A stretch of DNA of 64,000 nucleotides from Schizochytrium sp. TIO01 (lineage: Eukaryota > Protista > Bigyra: Labyrinthulomycetes), in contig SMSO01000037.1 in the NCBI GenBank assembly GCA_004764695.1, positions 1,402,747 through 1,466,746 on the forward strand, given 5' to 3'. The first letter of the stretch is position 1; each line of letters starts with the position of its first letter. The notes beneath the pieces were generated by a model, which was not told the origin of the DNA, did not search any database, and was given only the letters and a program-made list of their open reading frames with translations. Made by a program: the position numbers and the translations under genes. Positions 1-13,800 of the stretch are shown piece after piece.

Positions 1-2212
1 TAGTACTATGATCTTCAACTACCTATCGCACTATGTTGACATTGCCTAGGAAATGTTTCTGCAAGAATGCAAGATGCGCACCATCTTCCCTACAAGCTCG
101 TTTATTTTTATTTAAAAATAAACTAAACAATTTTTCTTTTCTTTTTTTTAATACAGCTTGTCAGTCTTCAAATTAGAATCTCCCATAAAATTAATGTTTT
201 CATTTTGGGAAATGCATCACATTAGGATGCTTCTTCTCAGACCTTTACGAAATCGTCAACACGAGTTGAATAAATGAATGTGCCCCATGTATGCCACTCT
301 CCGAAATTAGGGCTTTCTCGAATTAGCATGCATTGTATGGCCGAAACAGCCCATCAATATATTTAAATGAATGGCGAACTGTGTTGCAAAGGACAAAACG
401 TCAAAGGAATTTAGCAACGGCGCATGCGCGAACTGACTTCCCTACTTCGGACCCCCGCCATCTTCAAGTCCACAGAATAAGCTCAATTCCACTGAATCTG
501 ACTTGAAGAGGGCTTTGAAAAGAGCCCCTCTGCTCCACCTATTCTCAGCCTCTGTATAAAGGTCTTCTCCTGAGTCAGCATGGGCCTCCACAGTCTACAC
601 TTAAAGTGATGCTTATCACGATCCGTGATCACCATCATCGTCATGACCTCTATTACTCGCTCACACAAATTAGTTAGTTGTTCAGTCTGGTCTCACTATA
701 GCACTTTTAGTGGCTGCAAAACTTGGGCGCACGTACGTGCATGCCTCCTCCGCCATAGTTTGCGCGCGCCCGTACCGCGTCTATAGATAACAGGTACCCT
801 CGCCATGGAGCATTGCGCAATGCCAGGTGAGCATGGCCTGAGAGCATTTGCCAACAGCACTGCTATGAACCCTTCGTGGTGGAGCAACATCGCGAAGTGG
901 CATCACGGAGAATCAGCTGCTAGCGTTTTGTTCTTGCAAATGCTTTTACTTAGTCTCAACAGCTGAGGAGCAAGGGCAACCTTCAAGTTGGCTTTTGCGC
1001 GACGGACAGTGTCATTTGTAACCAGCCGGGGTCTGTGAAAATATATAATGGCAAAACAGTATATTCCCTCAAAATTGTAGCTACAGTCATCAGGAGAATC
1101 ACAAGCCTGGCAATATTCGAAAGCTCATGAGAATCAGAGATCTGCCCATGGCCAATGCTTCTTCTTGCCACGACGCGCGGACCATCTTGACTGAGCTAGT
1201 TCTCCCAATTTAAGCACTTTCTCACTCAGACCTGAATTTCGTTTGGAATTCTTTTTCACTCAAAGTTCTTGTAGAGAGTTTGAAAATTTTATATCAATTA
1301 TAAATACCTACCCCTGGTACATACAAATGCTTAAATAATCGTTTTATTTACGTATCTTAAACAAAAACAATTATTATATTTTAAATTAAATTTTTTTATT
1401 CAAATCAATGGTGCATGAAGTTAAAGTTGTGGGCATCTGATGGTGGCAATAATTTGGTGGTAAAACTTTTACATACGACTTGCGTTTCTGGAGTCCCCAA
1501 GGATAACGCTTTGTTTCTCAACTTCTATTAGTTGCCACTGTGTCCCAATTTGTTAACAGCATGCCTCTCAGTTTTACAAAACTACAATATGCAAGGTTGT
1601 GGGAATGCATTCCTAAAACCTAGTGAATGTGCATCCTTTAGATCATTTTGGGGTACCCAAATATTTCTCTCGTCTATATATCGAGAAGTGTCTCCTAGAA
1701 TTCTGAGAAAGGCCCGCAACTCACTAGTTGAAGATAGAAGAAATGTGAGTGTTGCAATAATGAGCGCAAACAACAGATGATCATTGGAACCACCATCCCC
1801 GTTTTCCCTCGGATTTCTTCATCTACTGGCACTTCAAGCATGAGCAATATTCGTGTTTATTTGTTTATTAGAAATTGAAATCTAAAACTGTAAGGGGATA
1901 ATGATTTAGGAACTACTTTTTAGTCTGAAACCAATAATCTTTAAAACCTTTGTTTTTTCAGAATAAAGCCCAAAGTTCATTATTATACATACATATATAA
2001 ATAAATGTATCTATACTATTTATAAAACTACTTCTTCCTTCAATTTCTTTAAATTAAAATAAATAACTGTTTAGAAAAAGTTAAACTAAAATAGATTTTC
2101 TATCAACAACATGAATTAGAAAAACAGAGGAGAAGGGAGGGAAACACTCTTTCGCCTCCTTTCCGACACTTCGCAACACTTTCGTAAATTTTTCTGTCTG
2201 TTCGCGCTCCTT

Positions 2213-2215
<3 letters not shown>

Positions 2216-2249
<34 letters not shown>
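2216..2249. repeat. (CT)17 microsatellite
   Basis: Perfect CT dinucleotide run read directly. Confidence 0.95.
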
Positions 2250-2252
<3 letters not shown>

Positions 2253-2470
2253 TTTCTCTCGCTTGACTCTGATGTATGACTGATGTATGACTGGCTGGCT
2301 GTGGCTGGTGGCCACTCAATGATGGCGCCCGCTCCGTGCCATGAAGGTGTGCGAGCAAGCTTGAGCACGCGGAAGCCGCAAAATAGACAAGAGGAGAGAA
2401 AGACCAAGAGAGTCAAAGAGGGTCTTTAAGACTTGCTTGCGCTGGCCACTGCGGCCAAGCTCGACAGCGA

Positions 2471-2516
2471 GGCTTGCGACAGCTTGCGATAGCTTGCGGA
2501 TAGCTTGCGGATAGCT
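2471..2516. repeat. Short tandem repeat, 10-11 bp unit AGCTTGCG(G)AT, about 4 copies
   Basis: ggcttgcgac agcttgcgat agcttgcggat agcttgcggat agct. Confidence 0.85.
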
Positions 2517-3128
2517 AGGTATAATACTTTCTGCTGATTGTTGAAGGGGTCGCCCAAGTTGATGAACTTTCAACGCAAGGAATCGCGCGGACTTGGGCGT
2601 GAAAATGTTCGTAAGAACTCCAGATCAAGGTCTTTGCTTGCGGAGAACTACTGCAGCAGCTGGTATTTGTTGTGCGAAGAAGACACTGATGCAGTTTAGA
2701 AAATGGGCAAACATTCTTCAAAGCAGAGCCCTCGCACATGGCTCTAAATGTAAATCCGCACCTGCTGGATTGCCAAGGATTTCCAGCTGGAGGATCAGGT
2801 TTGCACCTCAAAGTACAACAAACAAGCCGTGCAGAGAGGCATTTCTACCTAGGAATTTACTTCCTGGTGGAAGCAGGACTGACTGACCAGTGATCGCCTC
2901 GCAATCTTTGATTTCTATCATGGAAATCGGTTGAGGCAAGTTGAATCGGGAACCAGCCTAGCTACATTTGCGAGAACTGGTTGACGTGAGCGGGCGGAAC
3001 TCTTTTGACCCACGACCCTGAATTTACGTCGCGAGAACCTGCGATTGATCAATGCGTGCTCTCCTCGTAGATAAGCTCCTAGCTCGCACTCACACTCGTG
3101 CATTGCATTGCGCACAGATTGATTGACG

Positions 3129-3152
3129 AATCGCAATCGCAATCGCAATCGC
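3129..3152. repeat. (AATCGC)4 hexamer repeat
   Basis: Read directly. Confidence 0.85.
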
Positions 3153-6100
3153 AAACGGAACCGCACTCGACTAGACTTCGAAGAGGTCGCATTTGGTGTT
3201 TCCACTCGGCTTGCGCAGAGCTGCAAAAAAGGGTTGCGCAAGTTTAACATTCCTCATCAGTGGCCCAATCACTGACTGGCAGCTTGCTCTTCTCAAAGAC
3301 GCTCAGCGCCAGCACACTTTGCAACGACAAAGGTCCACAAACTTCACAAGCAAGCAAGGTATTCTGAATACCTTAAAATGGAGATCTGAGACAGAGCAAA
3401 ACCCGCGCCAGTTAAAACTAGTCTGGCTTACTCCCACGATCTCTTCGCGATGCTCTTCTGCTCTGCTCTGCTCTGCTGTGCTCGAGCTCTGAGCAGCAGC
3501 AAGGAAAGCATGCAACGTCACACCTACCCACGTATCGAGTGGCGATGAAGAGGCATAGGAGCAGGGAGAGTTCCAGCGCGAGATGGACGCTGTTATGTAT
3601 ATATGCGACAGTACGTCGTGTCCGGGTGGGCAAAAGTACCCACCGTCCAGAGACGTAAATGCAGTCGCAGCGCCAAGGTAGCAGTAGGAATGGCAGTATT
3701 AGGCAGCTAGCTAGGCAGGTAGGTAGGTAGGTACCTAGCGGTGTCCAAGCAAGCTCCTATCTTTATGCAGAGAAGGTACATAGCTGCTACCTAGCTGCCT
3801 ATTAGGCTGATTACTCGTAGAAAACAGTGAGGAATCGCTCTCAATGGAGCGCTAGGCCACGGTGGTGTTCCTCAATCAGCAGCTCGATTGGGGACGCGAT
3901 GTATACGTAAGCGCTGTTACTGGGCAAGCTGAGGGTGCCCAGCTTGAGCTTGCGTAGCCCTGGCGGACAAGGATTGCATTAGCGCAAACTTTGTAGCACA
4001 AATTCTACTAGACTGATTCTACGGCTGTCAGAATGAAAGGCTCAGAGAGAGCTTGAAGGGTAGCAAAGTACGCACCCGCATTGATCAATAGACTGTTTTT
4101 TTTTTTAACCATATAAAGTCAGCTGTGCCCACCGCTATGTCGACAAAAACCTGCCGGATTCCGACAATTCAAATCTGCCCAATCAGGCGCTAGCCATGAT
4201 TACGACAATGCAATGATAATTCGTCTTATAAGTCACCACTATTGCGAAGAATTATCTTCCAAGGTGAAGTATGAATGCTGCGACGTACAAGCATACTTGA
4301 ATGATTAAATAGGATAGCGAAAACAAGGAATTCGCTTGATTGGTTTGCAACTAACGGATGATGATTCTTTGACTCATAATCTTTTATTTGATTGTTCAAA
4401 ATATTGACTATCGTTGAGTGCAATTCTATTGTAATTGGTATGATTTTGATTGGTTCTGTTAATTAAAGCAAGTTCGTTTTTAACTTTTTGAAAAAAGAAT
4501 CAATAAATCGTGATTTTATAAATATCGCTATTTGCAGGAATCACATTCATTCAGTTAACTGAATGATATGATTTCGAAGAATTCATTTATCATCAATCTA
4601 TTCCTACCCAAGATCTCGAAACCTTTACTCAAATTAATAGCATTTTAACAGTGGTGGCTCGTATCTTTGAGCGAGTTAGAATAAATTTGGTTTAATTTGA
4701 TTTTGACTACTGTAAGTGATTCTCGATGCATATTTGAAGAATGTGTCGCAATTGTGAAGCGAAACTAGACGCACTCCTGACCAGAGCCACATATGCAACT
4801 ACGTTGGCCTGATGAATATTTATCAATCATGGTCTGTCTTTTCTTTCAATAACAAAATACGTATAGTTGCGATGGAACAGTATTACGTGTTCAAACCACT
4901 TTGAAAAGAGTAGTCTAACCATCATCACACCGACTACAGAAAAAGACTTATATGAAAGTACCTCAGCCGAAGCTAGCCAAACTTACATCGTCAGCACTTG
5001 AGTCCACTTGTGTCTGTATCTAGACACTGGACCCATTGGCGCTTGACTAGCATTGAGTCCACAGAGAGAAATATTATCTTTTTGAATTTGTTGTCCCAGT
5101 GAGAGCAACAGATATTGATGGTCAAGTTGCTGCCTCCGTCCCAATAACATAGGTACCGACCGCATTTCATTTTTCTCTCAGAGCTACATTTTGTTTAAAG
5201 CCTAAACTTATTTTTTTCTTTAGATCAGCATATTAATCATTCTGCATTAACATATATACATATAATAATAATAATAATATAATGAAATAGTAATTTAAAG
5301 GAAATTAGAAAATATTTCTCAAATATTTCTTTCAATTTCAATACAACAACAAAAATTAAAAAATTATCCTTGTAGTCGAGTAAATTAGAAATTGTAATTC
5401 GTGAGACTGGACTTATGCAGTCTCAAAGCTATTAGATAATGACGATCAAAAAGTGTTCTGCATAACCCAACCATAACCCCTCTTTCCTATGTTGCACGTT
5501 CTCTAAAGCTGCTATTTCGAGAGTGCAGGCCATTTTCAGGATCGATTTTGCGAGAACAATAGCCAATGCTCTCCATTTCGCAGATTTTCATTCATTAAAG
5601 TTTCTCCCCGCAGTTCGCGTCGGACGCCTATGCTTTGTCCTGTATAATCTGTTAATTTAGACCTGGCCCAAGTGTGGGTACGTCGGGTACACACTTCACC
5701 ATAAGCTTCATTAGGCCGGAGGGTAACTCATGCTGCGCGCGACGACGTTCACGGCGGATATATTATCGTGTCTTTTTAATGGGGGAGCTAGCTCTTTCCA
5801 GTAGTGGCTGCTGTCACTGACTAATCACCTCAGGAATAACCGTCAAGGGCAGTTGCACGGGCACCAACGGTCTTCATTCAGATTGCTGTTTGTACAACTA
5901 TAACTTGCTCACTATTGAATGCTGCTGCGTAGCCTCGTATTGGTTTTCAGGACGCCAGCCTCCTCGAGACTGGTGGTATCCGCTTCGTCTCGAAAGCTTC
6001 CTTTCTTTTCTTTCTTTTGTTGTTCTGAGAATTATTCGGAAATAGAGAGTCATTTCACTGTCCACATTATACCAATAATAGAGCTATTAGTGTTTATTTT

Positions 6101-6185
6101 ACCTGGCCATTTATTTTTTTTAATTTAAAAAGATAACCACGAGTTACCTAATGTCGGAGTTTCTTTCCCTTTAGAGTTTCTCTTT

Positions 6186-6265
6186 CTTCACGTGCTGCAC
6201 AATTTACTTGAAACTCTCGGACCCCGAACAGGATTTTTTTCTCGCACGTGCTGCCACACGTGCTG
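6186..6265. promoter_or_regulatory. Cluster of three G-box/E-box sites, CACGTGCTG
   Basis: CACGTG at 6189, 6245 and 6257, each followed by CTG. The same 9-mer recurs at 10015, with variants at 9988 and 12462. Function is inferred. Confidence 0.45.
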
Positions 6266-9200
6266 CCAGTGCCTGATTGCTTTGTCTACGAAGAGTGGCT
6301 CGAGCTTCAAGACTGGAGAAAGTTAACTCGTCAGGGGGCGTTAGTGCCTTTAATTGACGATGATCCCCACGAAAAAAAAAATGCAGAAAAAGAAAAAGAA
6401 AGAAAAAAGGAACGAAATGAAAGACGTACAATCTGGTAAGTATATATATTTATATATTTGTATCAGCAACAGTAGGATCAGCAGCAAGTCTGCAAAACTG
6501 AATGCTAAAGCTCTGTACAGGGGAAAAAGTTATATTGAAAGTTTGATAATCTGAGTCTGAATCAGTCACAGGACAACTTCACTAGGTACTAAAAGGAGGT
6601 CATTATTCTGGAGGAGTCGAAAATCACGGAGCCTACCACGTCATTAATAAGCTTTCAGTGCTAAGTGTGATTGTTTGGTCGCAGAACGTAAGGAGACCAG
6701 TGAACAAAATGAAATGTTCTCTTGCTTTCAGTTTGCTTTTGCTTTCTTTCCAGGCAACCTTGATTGTCCGGACATGAGGAGGTAGTCCGGTTCCCCGAAA
6801 CATGATATAGTATTAGAAATATACCTGACATCTCGACTCAGACTCACGTCGTACAACAAAAGTGCTCCACACAAGCCCTCGTGCCTTGCTTTTGTCTGAG
6901 GCTTTGCCCAATCGAAAACACAGAAGGATACGGCTATTCGTTCTCAAGTTCTCTCTTTCTTATTTGAATCAGGTATCGATTTGTTTGTAATTCAATAGTT
7001 CTTGTGACTGACTGGACGCCTGGGGAGGCTGCTTGCAAGACAGGCAAAAGGCCAGCCAGCTTGCAATGCCGTTTGACAGCTAGTTTGGCATTCGTGTGAA
7101 GTAGTGTGCCATGTATGGTTCATCCCGTGGGAAACCCCGATAGTAGTACATACAAGCATCACGTGGGCCTCCTGGGCGGGCAACGGTGCTGTGGTAGCTC
7201 CAAGCATTGAAGCTGGTGCTGCGGTATACGGAAATGCTAAAACAGGAGATGCTTAGAAATAGTAATAAGGAGAATGCCAAGAACCTCAGCAAGAACAGAA
7301 ACGTAGCATCTAAAAGATGCTCAGAAACATCATAAGGATGAAAGGACTCAAGCCAGCTTACAGGATTAACCCAATATGAGGCTGAAAGGCACGAAATTCC
7401 TACGACTGGCTGGAGGATTGGCGCAATTCTTTGCACGACACTTCAATTTATTTATACATGCGACTTCTTTCGAAGATTTCTGCTGTCACGCCTGGACTCT
7501 TCTGGTGATGTAAACTTTGCTGTGAGTGGCGATGAAGTCGTATTTTTACAATGAACCAATGGGTAAATTGATCTGGCTTTTGTGAAGCAGCTCGAATACA
7601 TAGATAATACTATCGTTTCCATTTGTGATCGTCCTTATGAAACAATTGGCTCGTAACAGCAAGCAAAGTAAACAACCTACTAATAGCCAGAGCTAACTTC
7701 GAAAGTGGAGGAACCTTAGGCTCCGAGTCATGTCCTCATACTTCCTCTACAACTCAGCATCATTCGGCCTCATGTGAGAAATCGGGTCTCTAAGCTTCCA
7801 CATATTGTCAGACAAACCAGTAAATTTCGGCTAACCATCTTAAATACAGAGGTCGTGATCGGGAAATTCTCTACATACCTTTAAAAAGAACCACAAAACA
7901 ACAAAGATAAAAGGAAGTCCAAGTGTTAGGCAGTCTGAGGGTTTTGTTCCGTTTTCCCTCTTCATTCATTAGAATATTATAGCCAGATAATAAGAATAGT
8001 GTTCTTTTTCTTTGCTTTCTTTGCTTCTTTCCTTTTAAAAATTAAAAACTATTAGTTAACTACTAAAGCTTTCTTTAATAGTAGCAATATATAATAAAAT
8101 AAAAGTCAGTATGAAATATCATTTTAATAATATGATGTTAACTTCATCACGGCATCGTGAAGGGTACCTCTCCATAACACTCAACAATTCTTACTGAATA
8201 TGGAAACTAGTATCAACCTGGTGTATCTTACAATACAAAGTCTTCAAGTTGAAACGAGCTTTTACTCGAAAAGTATCGTCCTGTACTGAGGGCTTTGCCT
8301 ACCTCAACAAAATTGAGTTTCGCATACAAGAGGGAGGAAAGGCAGGGCATTGGCAAGCAACCCGGACATCTAGTTTGAGTGAAGCGTTCAACCAGCTCGC
8401 CGTCCCCGGAGTGCATATCGAAGCTTTGGGCAAAGGGGTCAAAGGAAGAAATTGTCTACTTCAACAACCATTTGAGGGGTCGAATTCAAGTAGCATTCAT
8501 ACTCAAAAAATGAAAATAGTGGGATTGTGCCCAACCTAAACTAGTTGGCTCAGGACAAATGCTCCTCGTCACCCTTAAACCGTCGACGGACCAGTGAAGG
8601 TTCATCGATATAGAGACTGCCATTATTTTATTGTTTAGGTGAGGACTTTGGCAAGGTTTTAGAAGTAAAGAGGTCGTTTAAAATTCATTCGCAACAATTT
8701 GTCCACAAGTTTCCATGATTGGAGGATTGTAATTGGAAATAAGGAAAGTGCAGCTGCAAAACCGAGGATTACTACAGCTTTTCTGCTTTTTATCTCACGA
8801 AGGCAGACATAAATCCTCCACCAGTTTGGAAAATCGCAACGCCAGAAAATCAAAATATCGATCATTGTGTTCCGTACTTCGTTGCTATGTAACCTTAATT
8901 AAATTAACGTTTCTGCGGTTATTTTTGCGTTGATGTCTGAGTGAGATAATATTAATCAAAGTGTATTCAAATAGTGACCTAAATAGCTAGCTTATCATGA
9001 TTTTACATTGCCTGTTTGCGTATGCGCGCCTAAACTATTGAATTTGAGCCTGATATAATATCTGGAGCATTTCTTATTTGTACCTTTTCAATATATACCT
9101 TGAGAATACAGAAAGTACGTCGATGCGCCGATCAACTCTGTTGATGAGTTCTTTGAACTAGGACCACCCAAACACGAGGTAATTCTGCTTCATAAGACCT

Positions 9201-12200
9201 AGTGTTCTTCAATTTCAGTGCTGACAGACATGGAGCTGGTTTCATTTATGGCCAGGACGCGACGTTCGTATGTTAGTATATACTGCAACTTTTGGTTCCT
9301 CGCTTTTTTATTATCAAGTGCAAACAATTGATGCTGGAAGGTTAAAATACAGCAAAAGCAGCAAAATAGGGAGCCTTGCCAGCAGCGCAAGAGCTTGATT
9401 GATGTTCTATAGAACCTAATTCCATGATTGCATTAAATGTAAGGTTGGTTACTTTCATTCTACCTTCTGGGTCACTAGCAGCTAACATGTTTCTCCAAAT
9501 TCAATAGCAACTCTTGCTTGTTGTATGCGAAAAGTGAATTACCAGCCTTAAAACCAGTCATTCCAATCAATCACGCTCATATATTACTGTAGTATGCAGA
9601 GTTATGACTGAGCCCCTTCGATGTACGCAAGCATGCATTGAAGAAAACATAGTCCACACGGTTTGAATCGACCTCTGGAAAGTCAGAAGGATAAATGAGA
9701 GGGTTTTGAGTGCGCATCTACTGAGTCTCTCAACCCCGACAGCTCTCCGCCAGCAGAGAATTCCAGATACTGCTGATCTACATGCTGCTATTTTATAACT
9801 TTAGGGACTATTTCTACTACTACTTACAGTATTGCATAATCTAGCCCAAAATTAGGCAATCTCCTATTGTAAACAAGCAACTCATCCAGAATCATGTCAC
9901 TCAGTTCAACTACTTCAGAACACGAATGATGTTCCTTTCATTCCCCTAGAACCTTTCTTCCACTTCTATTCATCCATCAATGACCTTCATGTGCTGGTTC
10001 TTAGCGCTTGTCTTCACGTGCTGACACTTTTGGTAGCGGGTTCTCCCACAGCCATTAATCGCTCGACGTACGCGAGCGGCAAAGCGCTTGATGGAAAGCA
10101 GGAAAAAAAAAGAAGCCGAAAGAATGAAAGAAAGATGGCGCTCCCTTGATTGCCCTCAGCGAAAAACTTATATTCTCTCATATATGACAGTAATAGTTTT
10201 AAAACTGCTACTACAGGAGCCTGCTTTTTTATTTCTTCATCTTCTTCATCTTTCTCATCTTCTTCTTTAAAATAATAATAATAATATTTTTCAAATTAAA
10301 AAATAATAAGTAACCTTGTACTTCTTATTAGGGTGTTTTATTTTTTAAAGCTGCAGTGGGTTTCTAAAAAATCAGAGTTTTTCATGTCTTATCTTCAAAA
10401 TCTTGATAATTGCTGAGCATTCAATAAAATACTCACACTTCAAACGCTCTGACTACCAACTGGTTGTTATCGCTTTCGATGTCGCTGTTTCTATTTTTGC
10501 TGCAGTCATGAAGGGTTTAGGTGCCTGCAAGCTTCTTTTTGTTGACCGTACGAGGTCTTCAAACTGTAGAGCTGACAATTTGTTGTCCTGTTTTCAGACT
10601 TATTTTAGCTAAAACAAAAACATAACATAGCAAAACATAAAAAGAATACTTTTAAATTAATTGCTAGCCTCTTCAAAAGCGAATGTGGAGAGTAATGCCA
10701 CATCTTCTTAATTGCTGATGACGAACGATTATGCGATTATGGTGACAACTATTTCTGATAGTGCGCTTGTTGACCTTTCTGCTAGCAAAGACCCCTCAAG
10801 AATGATATGGATTTCAAGCCACTTGTCACATTCAAAATGATCGAAATAGAAACTCGCAAGGGCAGGCACGTCTTTTCAAGTGCCGCCGCGCCGAGCCTGG
10901 ATGGCCAACCAGAATCAGGTTCGTCTTTGTAGAGCCAGAAACTTGTGGTAGAAGAAGATAGTGTCCGCAGTGCCTCCTCGCTCGAATGCCGATGGGCCCT
11001 GGCTGGAATAGAAATCCAGAGCCCGTTCTGTATTTACGCGTACTATTGTCACTATAAACCTTGCGTGGAAGTTTAAGTGTCAATGATCGAGATAGCTATG
11101 AGATGATTCTAATATATATCGATGGCCAAGACCATCCTATTCATATATGGTAGTACACACCATGAGAAGCAAGCAAGCACCAGCAGCAGGAAATCAAAGC
11201 GATATTCCAGATCCCGCCACTAGGCTGTTGAAATCTCGAGATCAGGTAAGAATGTAACATATTTGAGTTTACTTGTTTGTATGTATAAAGCTAAATGTCA
11301 CGGTGCTGGTCAAGCTGCCTACCCTTTTGTATGCATGAACTGTCACGGAAGTCGCGCAAGTTGCCGTGCGCCTTTTTTTGGGAGCGGAACTCTTTATTTC
11401 AAAAATTTTAAAGTCTTCTCTTCTTATGGAGAAAGCTTCTCTCCATCAGAACTCTTTCTCTTTCAAAATTAAAATATATATTTTTAATAAATGAAATTCA
11501 AATATTATTTTATTTTCAAATAAGGAGAAAATGTTTTTGATTTAGTGTTGATTTCCTTCCCTCAGCAATCTCAGAAGAATTGCAAGCGCGAAAGCATGTT
11601 GAGGAGAATCGCATCAAAGATCACTTTGCAAAGGAGGCACTTTGGCCTATGAAGGTGACCAATTTTGAAGCTTCCCGAATCATTCGTTTGCTGCGTCTAA
11701 GTCGGTCCTCGACGCGCAAAGACCACTTATTGCGGTGGCAGCCCAGCATCTCCTTCTCATCTGTCAGAGATCGAAGAATTATTATCGTCATGTCTTTATA
11801 AAATTCATAACCTCAAAAGAAGAAAGAATTGCCGACAGCCTTACAGGGAACAAACAGTTTCGTCGCGGGACACAAATGAAATGAACTTAAACTCTGTCTA
11901 TCAAAATGAACTTCGACATTAACTTCAAGGCCATGTACTATGCATGTGCCACGCCAACCTCATGAAGTCCAATCGAAGATGGCAAATGCAGCCCGTCAGA
12001 ATGAATACCTCAACGAGCAATCGCTGGATGAGCAAACGGATGGATAAACCCAGACGAAGTCAACGAACGGGTATGCTACGAATGGCCGACAACGATAAGG
12101 GCTTCGAAAGGAGCAGAATGACACTTGAGGAGAGAAAGAAAACAATTCCGCACGTCGTAGACGCCGTAAGTGAGTGATACCTCAGACAGTGGCTGGCTGC

Positions 12201-13800
12201 TTCACCTCTTTACGTTGCTAAACTCCGGTGCCCTGGCGGTATGGCGGTGGCCAAGTGAGGCATTAAAGGAGCACCACCGAAACCACCACGTTCAATGCGC
12301 ACTTTACGGCCTCTGGCGCGTGAGGTGCGTATCTAACGAGCCCATGCAGCTAAAGGTGCGAGTCCTCTCAGTCACTCTTTCTCTCTTTCTCTTCGCAGAT
12401 ACTCTTCTTTCAATTTTCAATTAAAAAAAAAAAATACAAACTCTTAAATATAGTAGATAAACACGTGCTTTCTTTCTCTCTTTCTCTCTTTCTCTCTTTC
12501 TTTCTGCCTTTCACTCACTCGTGGAAAAATCTCTCTTTTTTTTTTTTCTCATTTCTTTGAAAACTATTTCGAATCATGCAGAAGAGCTCTTTCATTTACC
12601 TTTGTCTGGAGGGACGTAGTACGTTGTCGGTTTTCATTTTGCTTAATTTGTTTCCTCCGAACATGGAATACAAAGTAGAAGGTGTAACTTTTACTTTCAC
12701 TTCTCTTCTTCTATCATCACTTGGCCGCGTGCGGCATGAGCGCTCCCTGCCTGATGCGCCCTCTCTCTCTAGCCCTCCTCCGCCTGCAGTGTTAAAGTGG
12801 GCCTCGGCTCTCTCCTTTTCTCTCTCGTGCTCCGGCTGTTCACTTTCTCACCTTGTTTCTGTGGACCTGCGAAATCGATGGCGATAGAAAACAGCGATTC
12901 GTCGAGGTCTGTGTGGTCTGTGTGCGGAGATGAAGAAGCGTCTTCACTTGATCGCTTCTGGCGCGTCTTCCTTCGCGCATGCATAGCACTGGTCACCTCC
13001 CTGCATCCTTTTCCTTGCTGGGGCGAGGAACAGGTCGCAAGGATCGGGATTTCGTGCGCCAGAGGAGTGAGTGAGTCAAAATCCTGAAGGAAATTAAATT
13101 ATGATCGAAGAGTTCATAAAAAAAGCGGAGAACAGCAAGTGAAAAGAAGCGACATTTTACTATATTTGAAAGAAAAAAGAAATGGAAACTGAGAAAGAAA
13201 AAGAGGCTTCCTTTGGAGGAGAGGGGAGAAAGAAAGTGATAAATGCAGGTTGAAAGAAAGTGAAGTAAAGAAGAGGAGGAGGAAAAGGAAGGCCATGAGA
13301 AAGTGAGAGAAAAAGAAAAAGTGCCAACGATTGATAAAAGAATTAGAAAGGAGGAAGCAAGAGCCGCGCATATTAATTACGATTGGGACCTCCGCGGCGC
13401 AGCGGCATGAGGTCACCAAACCAAGAACTGGCGAGCCAAGTCGATCAAAGCAAACATCATCAGGAAAGCTCAGCTAGCCATAAGCAAACGTTAAGAAGAG
13501 CTTTGTGTGACTTCTTTGGCTTTTGCGTACCCCCTTCTTTTCTGCAACAAGGTGAAGGAACGGGTGAGTGGACTACTTCGAGCAGTCCTCAGACGCGGGG
13601 TATTCAAGCCGCGCAACATCAGCAGCAGCAGAACTGCAATAGTTCTACCTTCATAAGGAGTTCGGAGAAGCAAGCAAGCTCTCCTTTCTTCTAAGGACCA
13701 AGAGTGTAGGTACAGCTTACGTTGTTGTCCTCAAAGTTTGATCAATTGATCCTCGTGGAGCTCATCTAAGTTCTTTTTTGTCTAATACAAATATACAAAA

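Noticed and set aside
1-13700. Numerous 60-120 aa ORFs, and tRNA/snoRNA candidates, in the non-coding stretch
   Set aside because: No codon bias or motifs; no complete cloverleaf or convincing C/D box pair found by eye. tRNAscan-SE and Infernal would settle it.
12600-13800. glmS ribozyme upstream of the bacterial-type glmS
   Set aside because: I found no AGCGCC...GACGAGG...ATCGAG...CGGCGG core in the leader. An Rfam RF00234 covariance search would be decisive.
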